Positions 7,217 to 15,728 of a stretch of 49,322 nucleotides of DNA are shown here, piece by piece. The stretch is taken from positions 1 through 49,322 of IMG/VR virus record IMGVR_UViG_3300025673_000002, one strand, 5' to 3'. This DNA is from a virus (Duplodnaviria; Caudoviricetes). Numbering within the stretch: the stretch's first letter is position 1; every line of letters begins with the position of its first letter. Under the pieces are notes generated by a model. It was not told the origin of the DNA. It saw nothing but the letters and a program-made list of their open reading frames with translations, and did not search any database. A program made the position numbers and the translations under genes.

Positions 7217-8068
7217 ATGGCTTTTAATGACTTAAGAAAAAATTCAATTTCAAACTTAACTGCAGAGATTGAAAAAATTACAGAAAGAACTCAATCATTC
7301 AATAATGATGATGATAAGCTCTGGAGACCTCAATTAGATAAATCTTCCAATGGATTTGCTGTCCTAAGATTTTTACCCGGACCAGAGGGAGAAGATCTTC
7401 CGTGGGTAAGAATCTGGGATCATGGCTTTAAGGGGCCAACAGGTAAATGGTATATCGAGAAGTCACTCACGACTTTCAATCAAAAGGATCCTTTGGGTGA
7501 ATACAATTCAACCCTCTGGAATTCTGGTGTAGAATCGGATAAAGAAATTGCACGTAAACAAAAACGTCGACTCAATTATTACTCTAATGTATATATTGAA
7601 TCCGATCCTCAGAATCCTCAGAATGAGGGTAAAGTTTTTCTTTTTAGATATGGTAAAAAGATCTTTGATAAATTATCAGAGGCAATGCAACCAGAGTTTG
7701 AAGATGAAACCCCACTTAATCCTTTTGATCTCTGGAAAGGCGCATCATTCAAATTAAAAATCCGTATGGTAGAAGGCTACTGGAATTATGATAAATCGGC
7801 ATTCTCCGAACCATCACAATTCAAAGCGTCTGATGACGAAATGGAAAAGATCTGGGGAAAGTGTCATTCCTTAGCGGAATTAGTTGCTCCAGATAAATTC
7901 AAATCATATGATGAGCTTAAAGCTAAGCTTAATGATGTATTAGGAACAACAATGCCAGAAACACAAACATCACAACCGCAAGTTCAAGAATCAATTCCTG
8001 TACAAAAAGAACCAGTTGTTGAATCAGGTGATGCAATGTCTTATTTCGAAAAGTTAGCTAACTCTTAA
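7217..8068 (+). CDS. gp32: single-stranded DNA-binding protein
   Basis: GFAVLRFLP, HGFKGPTGKWYIE, YGKKIFDK, NYDKS, C-terminal SYFEKLA. Confidence 0.96.
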   Translation: MAFNDLRKNSISNLTAEIEKITERTQSFNNDDDKLWRPQLDKSSNGFAVLRFLPGPEGEDLPWVRIWDHGFKGPTGKWYIEKSLTTFNQKDPLGEYNSTLWNSGVESDKEIARKQKRRLNYYSNVYIESDPQNPQNEGKVFLFRYGKKIFDKLSEAMQPEFEDETPLNPFDLWKGASFKLKIRMVEGYWNYDKSAFSEPSQFKASDDEMEKIWGKCHSLAELVAPDKFKSYDELKAKLNDVLGTTMPETQTSQPQVQESIPVQKEPVVESGDAMSYFEKLANS

Positions 8069-9649
8069 TTACCAGCTCTGATTGGGACCTATCACGGCAC
8101 TGGCATTCAAATTTAGGTTTGTTATGTCTGTGTCGTGAGTTTTTTCCTGACGAATATTAGTAGAGTTATTATTAACAGTTGGTGCAACTATATTTGTATC
8201 ACTCGATTTTTTTCCCCAATTACCGGATCCCTGTGATATATTATTATCCATTCCTTTTTGAAGGGCTCCTGATACCATTTCATCCTTTCTGATAACTGAA
8301 TTTTCGTTCGGTTTAATTGATGGGAATTTCTTTCCCCAATTACCAGTCGTCTTGATTATTGGCTCTGGCATATCATCCAGCACTGTATCATTAGCCCCTC
8401 TTTTATAAGGTTTTGGAGGGACTTTTTCTTTTTCTTGATCTGTATCCTCTGAACCAAAGAAACTTGCCACGGCATCGTAATACTTGGCGGGGAGAATTGC
8501 TTTAGCTAAAGTCTTTGCTAATGCTATAGGATTGAAAAATTCTAGAATTTCTTTAATGGTATCACCTATTGAAGAAAACATACCAGATATTTTTGATATA
8601 ACTTTGGAAAATGTAGATTTCACTGATTTAAATATATCAGACATAAATGCGACAATATCATCCCAATATGAAAACACTAATCCCCCAACAGCAAGTCCTG
8701 CTAATACAGCCCATCCTGCAGGAGTAGTCACTAAAGGTAACAAGAATCTAGCACCAAGGCTCATTAGAAATTTTCCAGCCTTACCGAATTTCATCATTAT
8801 ATTTTTAAGTATTCCTTTCAGACCACCACTTTTCGTTTTAGGCTTATTCGGTTTTCCTTTTTTACCCCCCTTATCATTAGAACCGGGTCCAATCCTTCCC
8901 ATTGCTCCCTCAGTTAACAAACCTCCAGTCCCTTCAGATAATATATCACCAATTGTCGTCATAATCCCATCAACCCCATCTTCAATCAGGGGTTTGTTCT
9001 TATCTTTTTTATTAGTAGTCAACCCATTATCAGTTTCAGAACCAGACGCTGCGGCTTCTTCTGCAGCAGAGGTCCTATTGTCTGCTTTAAATTGTTTAGA
9101 ATCTTGTTTTAATTGTGCAGTGTTTACTAAAACTACTTCATTTATTGTTTCTACCATTTCTTTGGAATTATTGGTAGAACTTATATTATTTGATACTAGC
9201 GTATTAGAAATTGTTTCTACAAAACCTCGTGTGTTTAATTCTACGGCTTTAAGAGTTTCAACCATTACCTTAAGTTGTTCTGCTTCAAACCCGAATTTAA
9301 TTTCAGCTGGTTCTATTTCAAGTTTTTTAAGTTCTACTGCAGTTTTTAGCTTATTAGAATTATCATTTTTACTGATTGCCGATTCTTTTTCTTTCGATGA
9401 AGCAATCTCGAGTCTTCTCTTTTTCGATATAGCGTAATGTCCTGCTTCCGCTGCCTTTTTCATGAGGAACGCTTTTAACCATCCCTGGGGGTCAACAGAT
9501 ATTTCCGTGGCTTTATCTCTCAATTTATTGCGTCTTTCTTCCCACAAATCTGCATCTTCTTTTATTTTTCGAAGTTGCTCTTGTTTATCCTTTTCTTTTG
9601 ATATTTCTATATCATCTAATTTATCTTGATCTTCTTGATCTATAGCCAT
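8069..9649 (-). CDS. probable baseplate hub/tape-measure-type protein (gp29-like)
   Basis: Downstream of gp26-gp51; coiled-coil N-terminus, hydrophobic/amphipathic centre (WAVLAGLAVGGLVF), C-terminal IVAPTVNNNS. Assignment mainly by synteny. Confidence 0.45.
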   Translation of the reverse strand: MAIDQEDQDKLDDIEISKEKDKQEQLRKIKEDADLWEERRNKLRDKATEISVDPQGWLKAFLMKKAAEAGHYAISKKRRLEIASSKEKESAISKNDNSNKLKTAVELKKLEIEPAEIKFGFEAEQLKVMVETLKAVELNTRGFVETISNTLVSNNISSTNNSKEMVETINEVVLVNTAQLKQDSKQFKADNRTSAAEEAAASGSETDNGLTTNKKDKNKPLIEDGVDGIMTTIGDILSEGTGGLLTEGAMGRIGPGSNDKGGKKGKPNKPKTKSGGLKGILKNIMMKFGKAGKFLMSLGARFLLPLVTTPAGWAVLAGLAVGGLVFSYWDDIVAFMSDIFKSVKSTFSKVISKISGMFSSIGDTIKEILEFFNPIALAKTLAKAILPAKYYDAVASFFGSEDTDQEKEKVPPKPYKRGANDTVLDDMPEPIIKTTGNWGKKFPSIKPNENSVIRKDEMVSGALQKGMDNNISQGSGNWGKKSSDTNIVAPTVNNNSTNIRQEKTHDTDITNLNLNASAVIGPNQSW

Positions 9650-9658
9650 GGGAATATC

Positions 9659-9838
9659 CTATTTTTGAGTCTGACGTTTTTCGTTTTCGATATTAATATA
9701 ATCAACTAACATAGCAACGTATATATCTCTTTCCCAAGGTATCATATTTTCAATGTCAGATAAACTATAATTGTGATGTTGCATCATGGCAAAATTAGTT
9801 TTAAGATATGAACCTAAATTAGAGTGGGAAAGAGCCAT
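9659..9838 (-). CDS. gp51: baseplate hub assembly protein, 59 aa
   Basis: Missing from the ORF track; translates MALSHSNLGSYLKTNFAMMQHHNYSLSDIENMIPWERDIYVAML..., the gp51 signature; coupled to the gp26 stop. Confidence 0.9.
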   Translation of the reverse strand: MALSHSNLGSYLKTNFAMMQHHNYSLSDIENMIPWERDIYVAMLVDYINIENEKRQTQK

Positions 9839-10518
9839 TAGAAAAAAGAATCAAGTCCTTCAAGTTTAACTGTTGATTTAATCTTTGTCTTGGGATTTAT
9901 CACATCTACGGAAATCCCTATTTTTGGAATATTTTCAAAAAAATCAGCAATAAGTTGGATTTGTTTTTGGGTCATACTTTCAACAAATTTGGAAATTTCC
10001 TCTTTCGAAAAATCAACGGCATCAAAAACTGTGTCACCGTCGTATATAGATTCGATTAGTTCCGACACCGCATCAACTGTGGAATCAGAGGACTTTGTTA
10101 ATATTCCTGGGTATTTTAAAATTATACCAACAGTTGAGTCGAGTTTTATGACATTAGCATTCTTCTTCGGTTTTTTACAAACGATATCATCGAGATTAAC
10201 TATCACTTCTGCATAACTTTCTTTGTCGTCTGGACAAAGTATTTTTATATTTACAGATTCGCCTATGCTCTTGGACCTCAATTTTAAAAATAAATACTCA
10301 ACATCAAATGCAGGCATTACTCTAGCATCAAGTTTACCAAATGTACAGTTTTCTATAATCTGGGTTATAGCTAATATTCTTTCGGATTCTTCCCCGGTCT
10401 CATTAGCTATCATTAATAGTTTTTCTTCTTTAACTAGAAACGCACGAAATTTAATTTTTTTCGAGTTTGATGGTAAAGTCAATTCATATGTTGGTATTTG
10501 TAATACTGGTAAAGCCAT
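9838..10518 (-). CDS. gp26: baseplate hub subunit
   Basis: MALPVLQIPTYELTLPS, RAFLVKEEKLL, LRSKSIGE, LEGLDSFF. Confidence 0.92.
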   Translation of the reverse strand: MALPVLQIPTYELTLPSNSKKIKFRAFLVKEEKLLMIANETGEESERILAITQIIENCTFGKLDARVMPAFDVEYLFLKLRSKSIGESVNIKILCPDDKESYAEVIVNLDDIVCKKPKKNANVIKLDSTVGIILKYPGILTKSSDSTVDAVSELIESIYDGDTVFDAVDFSKEEISKFVESMTQKQIQLIADFFENIPKIGISVDVINPKTKIKSTVKLEGLDSFF

Positions 10519-10534
10519 AATTTTTCCTCACAGA

Positions 10535-11230
10535 TTATTTAGAATTTATTTCAGAATCCCAATGTGTATAATGAAATGTTACTGACACCTTTTGAAGTGC
10601 ATTGGCGGAATTCCAATCCATTGTCATAGGTGCGATTACTTTGGGATATGCTCCATATAAAGTAGTTTTATAGGTCCAATCATTATCCCCCGTTAATACA
10701 GAATCATCCAATGTGTGTTTCAATTGATAGATTTCGATAGTTGTTGTGTAGTCATTGTAATAGTATGGTTGACCTGATGTTTTATGATAAGTTAATTCCA
10801 TCCAATTATCAAAAAACTTCTTCTGAAACATATCTTCCGCTACATAAAAAGATGCAGATTGTGATGCATAAGCCAAATCCTTAACAATATCAAATGGGAA
10901 TTCTGCAGAAACAGTACCAGTTAAGGGTATAGATGCCACATCAGGTAGAGTCGTAGAATCACAGAGCATATTAACAATACTCAGATCTTTCGGTGTGAAT
11001 TCTTTATTGAAGGAAGCGATACCATTCGATAAAGTTGCTGATGGTAATATTCTAAACCTAAAATGTGCCGAACGAGCAAAATCCTTAGTACTTGCAGTAA
11101 ATTCATCAAGTTTACCACGCCTCCCTAATTCCTCCCTTTCTCCAAAGAATTGGTCGTATAAATTACCGAGTGTTTGAATTCCACCATAAACTTGGGAACC
11201 AATTGAATAACCTTTAGTTAATATTGACAT
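10535..11230 (-). CDS. tail tube initiator/tube-like baseplate protein (gp54-like)
   Basis: LCDSTTLP, FFDNWM, YYNDY, LYGAYP, VTFHYTHW tube-fold motifs; located between gp2 and gp26. Confidence 0.65.
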   Translation of the reverse strand: MSILTKGYSIGSQVYGGIQTLGNLYDQFFGEREELGRRGKLDEFTASTKDFARSAHFRFRILPSATLSNGIASFNKEFTPKDLSIVNMLCDSTTLPDVASIPLTGTVSAEFPFDIVKDLAYASQSASFYVAEDMFQKKFFDNWMELTYHKTSGQPYYYNDYTTTIEIYQLKHTLDDSVLTGDNDWTYKTTLYGAYPKVIAPMTMDWNSANALQKVSVTFHYTHWDSEINSK

Positions 11231-11232
11231 AT

Positions 11233-11817
11233 CTAACCTATCATTTTCCTTGAATCTGAATGAACCTGTTTAGCCGTAGCACCTTTGAACCTCGCAGTAG
11301 GCAGAAAGGTTGCTATTTCCCAAAGATCGGCAGAGAGGAATTTTATTTCCGATTCAACCTTATGTATTAAATAATGTTTGAAACACGGTTTAAATAAATT
11401 CATTTTGCTTGAACCCTTTAAGAAATTATAAGAGGCTTGAAATCTAGAAGATTCATCAAATCTCTTATTATTTGTTATCGTCATTAATTGATCGAGAAAC
11501 TTAGCTCTCAATGGTATAGGGAGATAATGAAGATTCATACCGTAAAACCCCTTATAAGCCTTTCCGACCATTATGATCAGGGGAAATCTATCGTAATATG
11601 GAAGTGTATCCTTATGTTTTGGATCATAAAAATATGTATACATTCTTCCTGGAGCAGGGCGAGTTCTTCTTTCTAGATTTTTATCATCTAAAATGTCATC
11701 GGATTTAACCCTCATACCACGAATTTCAGATCTAAACCAATCCCGGGATTGTTTAGTCTGTGCGGGTATTTGCTTTTTATAAGCCTTTGCTTGTAGTCTG
11801 TCGAATAATGATTCCAT
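11233..11817 (-). CDS. gp2: DNA end protector protein
   Basis: YDPKHKDTLPYYDRFPL, GMNLHYLP, PCFKHYL. Confidence 0.93.
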   Translation of the reverse strand: MESLFDRLQAKAYKKQIPAQTKQSRDWFRSEIRGMRVKSDDILDDKNLERRTRPAPGRMYTYFYDPKHKDTLPYYDRFPLIIMVGKAYKGFYGMNLHYLPIPLRAKFLDQLMTITNNKRFDESSRFQASYNFLKGSSKMNLFKPCFKHYLIHKVESEIKFLSADLWEIATFLPTARFKGATAKQVHSDSRKMIG

Positions 11818-11822
11818 AATAC

Positions 11823-11830
11823 TATTTATA
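11823..11830 (-). promoter_or_regulatory. T4 late promoter
   Basis: TATAAATA on the minus strand between gp4 and gp2. Confidence 0.7.
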
Positions 11831-12271
11831 TCACTTTATACCAAGATCGATTTCATCGAGGACCCGAAATGTATATCCATATTTTTTACACCAAAGTTCT
11901 GCTGCTTCCCACTTAGCTTGGTTTACCGCATAGGTTTTAACTTCTTTAATATATTTAATTTTATTATTCGATTTTCTTGGTCGCTTTCTCTGAGCTCTCG
12001 GTTTCACCTCAATAATATATTTTATTACAGAACCAGAAGAATCCTTTATTTTAGCATAAAAATCTGTGAAATATCTATGAAACCTGTTATCAAGTGGTGA
12101 TAGATAGGGTATAATTATTTCTTCGGAATTCCATTCAAGTACAGCATCTGTAGTATCAAGGTATCTCATCATTTTGAGTTCCCAGGAGCTTCTATATTGT
12201 ATGTTACCTCTTGACCCTTTGTATTTTGATGCATTAATAAGTCGATACCGACCTTGATAATATTTACTCAT
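11831..12271 (-). CDS. gp4: head completion nuclease
   Basis: YRSSWELK, WNSEE, HRYFTDF, IEVKP, NQAKWEAA. Confidence 0.95.
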   Translation of the reverse strand: MSKYYQGRYRLINASKYKGSRGNIQYRSSWELKMMRYLDTTDAVLEWNSEEIIIPYLSPLDNRFHRYFTDFYAKIKDSSGSVIKYIIEVKPRAQRKRPRKSNNKIKYIKEVKTYAVNQAKWEAAELWCKKYGYTFRVLDEIDLGIK

Positions 12272-12276
12272 TTGAA

Positions 12277-12291
12277 TATTTATTATAAATA
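12277..12291. promoter_or_regulatory. divergent late promoters
   Basis: TATAAATA (+, 12284-12291) for gp48 and variant AATAAATA (-, 12277-12284) for gp4. Confidence 0.65.
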
Positions 12292-12322
12292 ATTAAATAC
12301 ATTAAGAGAATCATTCCAGCCA

Positions 12323-13282
12323 ATGTTAAAAAATATAATAGTTCCTGTAACAATCAATAATGTTTCTACACCTGACGGCACTAAAGCAATTGCCAACGGT
12401 ATAAGCAAAGCGGGAGACGTTTTTAATAATACCGATAAATTACACTCGATCAACAAAGGAATCAAACCTACCAAATCGTTAAAATTTCCACCCAATATAG
12501 ATTCTAGTCCGACATGGGTTCAATATGAAATACATCAGTTTTTACCTATCACCGATGCAACTCCGGGAACTACGCATAGGGGCAATTCTCATTTTGGTGT
12601 AACAGTTTCAAAACAAATTGTCGGGACGATATCGTTATCAGAACAATCACAAATGGAAATCACAGAAAAGCAATCATGGAAACAAGAAGCTGCTGGTGGA
12701 ATCATCGATCAATTCGTACAGAAAGGTAAGGCTGGGTTTGTTGCAGACGGTCCAATGGGGGCAATTTCCTCGGTGGTATCTGGAACTGAAGACCTTACAC
12801 AAGGTCTTCGGGATTCCGTAATTAAAGATATAAGTAATGGTTCTGCTTTAACTGGTACAGCTATAACAGATAAACTAGCACTTAAATATGATGGACCAGA
12901 TGGAGTTCGTTCATTTTCCATGAATCATAAATTTGTACCCCGTTCCGCAAAAGAATCTGGGGTCATAAGAGATATCATAAAGTTATTTAGAACTTCTTCT
13001 GCACCTGCTTTAAATGTAGCAGAAAATGAAAAGGATAAAAGTTCTTTTTATACATCATACAAATTCCCGTATCTATTTAAAGTTGTGAGAATGGCCGGTG
13101 TCAATCCTAATCCAAATTACCCACAATATGATCTCTGCTATTGTTCCTCAATTTCTGTTAAATATGGAGATGAATCCGGTACAACATTTCATGAAGACAG
13201 TTCCCCCATTTCGTTTGAATTATCTATGTCATTCGAAGAAATAGCTATACAAAATAGAGAAACGATCCAAGGAGGATTTTAA
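12323..13282 (+). CDS. gp48: baseplate tail tube cap
   Basis: RSFSMNHKFVPRSAKES..IRDIIKLFR, C-terminal LSMSFEE; precedes gp53. Confidence 0.75.
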   Translation: MLKNIIVPVTINNVSTPDGTKAIANGISKAGDVFNNTDKLHSINKGIKPTKSLKFPPNIDSSPTWVQYEIHQFLPITDATPGTTHRGNSHFGVTVSKQIVGTISLSEQSQMEITEKQSWKQEAAGGIIDQFVQKGKAGFVADGPMGAISSVVSGTEDLTQGLRDSVIKDISNGSALTGTAITDKLALKYDGPDGVRSFSMNHKFVPRSAKESGVIRDIIKLFRTSSAPALNVAENEKDKSSFYTSYKFPYLFKVVRMAGVNPNPNYPQYDLCYCSSISVKYGDESGTTFHEDSSPISFELSMSFEEIAIQNRETIQGGF

Positions 13283-13283
13283 G

Positions 13284-13748
13284 ATGTATTTTAATTCTCA
13301 TCCCAGAATAACATACAATGATGTTGAAGTTGTTAATATTTTTACTAAAATAATACCGATCCAAAGGTTATTGGAAAATGCTATAGCATGGGAATTATAC
13401 GATCTTGAAGATGGGGAGTCCCCGGAATTACTTTCATATAGATTATATGGATCTGTTAAATATCATTGGGTGATAATGATGATCAATAATGTAATCGATA
13501 TTAATAAGGATTGGCCACTTTCAACTCAAAATTTTGGGGATTTCATAGATTCGAAGTATGATGAACCGGACGCGATACATCATTGGGAAGATGAAGATGG
13601 AAATGTTGTAGATTCGGAAGTTGAAGGATCTGTAATTATCAAAAATATTCAATATGAAGAAGACATTAATGATAAAAAGGCTCTCATCAAAGTTCTAAAG
13701 CCCGAATATCTCGACTCATTCGTTGAAGAGTTTAAATCATTATTATGA
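13284..13748 (+). CDS. gp53: baseplate wedge subunit
   Basis: DGESPELLSYRLYGSVKYHWVIMMIN, DWPLS, IKVLKPEY. Confidence 0.92.
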   Translation: MYFNSHPRITYNDVEVVNIFTKIIPIQRLLENAIAWELYDLEDGESPELLSYRLYGSVKYHWVIMMINNVIDINKDWPLSTQNFGDFIDSKYDEPDAIHHWEDEDGNVVDSEVEGSVIIKNIQYEEDINDKKALIKVLKPEYLDSFVEEFKSLL

Positions 13749-15142
13749 AAACGTTATCTTTATATGAAGATCTCCTTGCGAATGGACTATTAGAAGAACC
13801 TGGACAATTCACCATAACCAATGCTGGTATAACCTGTAAAGGGGGTTATGTTAATATTACCGAAATGGTTGAGTCTATCAATCTATATGAATCTATATTT
13901 AAAACTTTCGTTACTGGTGATATTACACTCCTAGACAGAACGAATTTTGCAGCGAATATCACGGGTACTGAACCTGTATATTTAGAATTTTCAACAAAAG
14001 GTTCTGTTCATCCGGTAAAGATTTCTTTAGTAGTATCGAAGGTTAAAGATAAAGAAAAGGTGAATGTAAATATAACTCGATACACCTTATCGTTAGTTTC
14101 GCCAGAATTCCTTAATAATATTAGAACCAAGATATCTAAATCTTTTGAGGGGAATTATTCTGACATAGTTAAAACCATATATTCGGATTATATAAGTTCT
14201 GGAGTACCGCTTTGGCTTGAGGAGGTTGTTAATAATAATCGAATTATTGTTCCAAATAAATCGCCGGTGGATGCTATTAATATGATATCGCAATTCGCTG
14301 TAGCTAAGAATACCGTTAATCCCAATTTCGTTTTTTATCAAACCACAAAATCTTTCCATTTTCGATCTATTGCTGAAATGATTTGGCTTGATAACATTAA
14401 ATCAGAGGGTATTACTTTCCGTATTGAAAAGGAACAAATATCTACAAACTTACCTATTATCAAAAGAGCCACTAGAGCTATAGAATTTGAAGTTAAATCT
14501 GATACAGATATACTAAAACATACTGCAATAGGTACTTATGGATCATCATTAATCAAACACAACCTGCTTAAAAAAACTTGGACCAGATCAGAATGGGATT
14601 ATCATTCTAAATTCAATGACACTGAAGAAGATGCTTTCATGTCTGTGGAGGAATTCCCAATAACACCAGACGGTCCAGTAACAGAAAGTGGTGAGAATAT
14701 ATCCTCCTTTCCAGATTCGTACTTTAATATGGTGTCTGGTTCGGAAGAATACCAATATGAAATCGAGCCAATAAAAACTGATTCAAAACCAATAAAACAA
14801 TTCCAGAAATTAGATTATTCTTCATCTCTCCTTCAAAGAAATGGCGAACTTAATTCATTGAATATTCAGAGAGCAAAATTAACTATTGGGGGAATGTCTG
14901 GAATACAAGCTGGGGATATCATTAAGATAAAATATCACGATATGATTGAAGAAAATACCAAATTATCTGGAAGGTGGTTAATAGAATCAGTTTCCCATCA
15001 AATATCAGACAAATATTATTGTGTACTCATGATTATTAGAAATTCTATGAAGGGAAAACAACCCGAGTATACAGAATTAAATTATCCAGATTCAACCGCA
15101 GAAGTAATAATAGCTTCTCCATCAGGTTCTACGAACAAATAA
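13745..15142 (+). CDS. baseplate hub protein (gp27-like)
   Basis: NLYESIF, FVFYQT..FHFRSI, AGDII, LSGRWLIESVSH; follows gp53. Confidence 0.65.
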   Translation: MKTLSLYEDLLANGLLEEPGQFTITNAGITCKGGYVNITEMVESINLYESIFKTFVTGDITLLDRTNFAANITGTEPVYLEFSTKGSVHPVKISLVVSKVKDKEKVNVNITRYTLSLVSPEFLNNIRTKISKSFEGNYSDIVKTIYSDYISSGVPLWLEEVVNNNRIIVPNKSPVDAINMISQFAVAKNTVNPNFVFYQTTKSFHFRSIAEMIWLDNIKSEGITFRIEKEQISTNLPIIKRATRAIEFEVKSDTDILKHTAIGTYGSSLIKHNLLKKTWTRSEWDYHSKFNDTEEDAFMSVEEFPITPDGPVTESGENISSFPDSYFNMVSGSEEYQYEIEPIKTDSKPIKQFQKLDYSSSLLQRNGELNSLNIQRAKLTIGGMSGIQAGDIIKIKYHDMIEENTKLSGRWLIESVSHQISDKYYCVLMIIRNSMKGKQPEYTELNYPDSTAEVIIASPSGSTNK

Positions 15143-15166
15143 AAAAGGGGGTGAATTAACACCCCC
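15141..15166 (-). terminator. intrinsic terminator downstream of gp19
   Basis: Stem GGGGGTG/CACCCCC with 6-nt loop and an adjacent A-run (U-tract on minus), between convergent genes. Confidence 0.85.
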
Positions 15167-15184
15167 AGTATAGAATCCCAATTA

Positions 15185-15724
15185 TTATATTGTTGTTATA
15201 GGATTCATTGATGTGAAATAGTTATATTTCCATGTTACAGTAAATTCTTCTACTATATCGTTTGAGTCATAAGCAAGTTCAATTGGAGCTATCAAAGATG
15301 GCCACAACCCAAAGAAATTATAACTTTTCAGTCTTGTTCCATTACGATCAAGTTGATGAACTTCAGCAGTTGATTGATATAATAACGGATTAGTTACATT
15401 AGTCACTTCGAGAAGTGTTCTATCCATTCCGTCCATCCATCTTTCAAGTGCGTTCCGAATATCAAAATCAGTATCGTTGAAAATTGTAGTTTCCCAATCC
15501 TCATAAGTTCTTTCACCTGCGATTTTTAATATACGCCCACGATATGGGACTTCTGCAACACCAATAGTTGTGCCAGGAAGTGAGGTAGCTTTACAAAGAT
15601 ATGTAAATTTCCTCCCAGCAGAACCAGCCATTGCTATGGCAGGAAAGTTCATAACGACTTCAAACTGATTAGCTCTTGCACCGCCACCAGTTAAGTTTGA
15701 TTTAAAAAACTCTATATTAGCCAT
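15185..15724 (-). CDS. gp19: tail tube protein
   Basis: GGGARANQF, LCKATSLP, YRGRILKIAGERT, NDTDF.IR, VEEFTVTW. Confidence 0.96.
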   Translation of the reverse strand: MANIEFFKSNLTGGGARANQFEVVMNFPAIAMAGSAGRKFTYLCKATSLPGTTIGVAEVPYRGRILKIAGERTYEDWETTIFNDTDFDIRNALERWMDGMDRTLLEVTNVTNPLLYQSTAEVHQLDRNGTRLKSYNFFGLWPSLIAPIELAYDSNDIVEEFTVTWKYNYFTSMNPITTI

Positions 15725-15728
15725 GATT

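Noticed and set aside
8484-9437. 317-aa plus-strand ORF
   Set aside because: Antisense shadow lying wholly within the 526-aa minus-strand gene; TTG start and no recognisable motifs.
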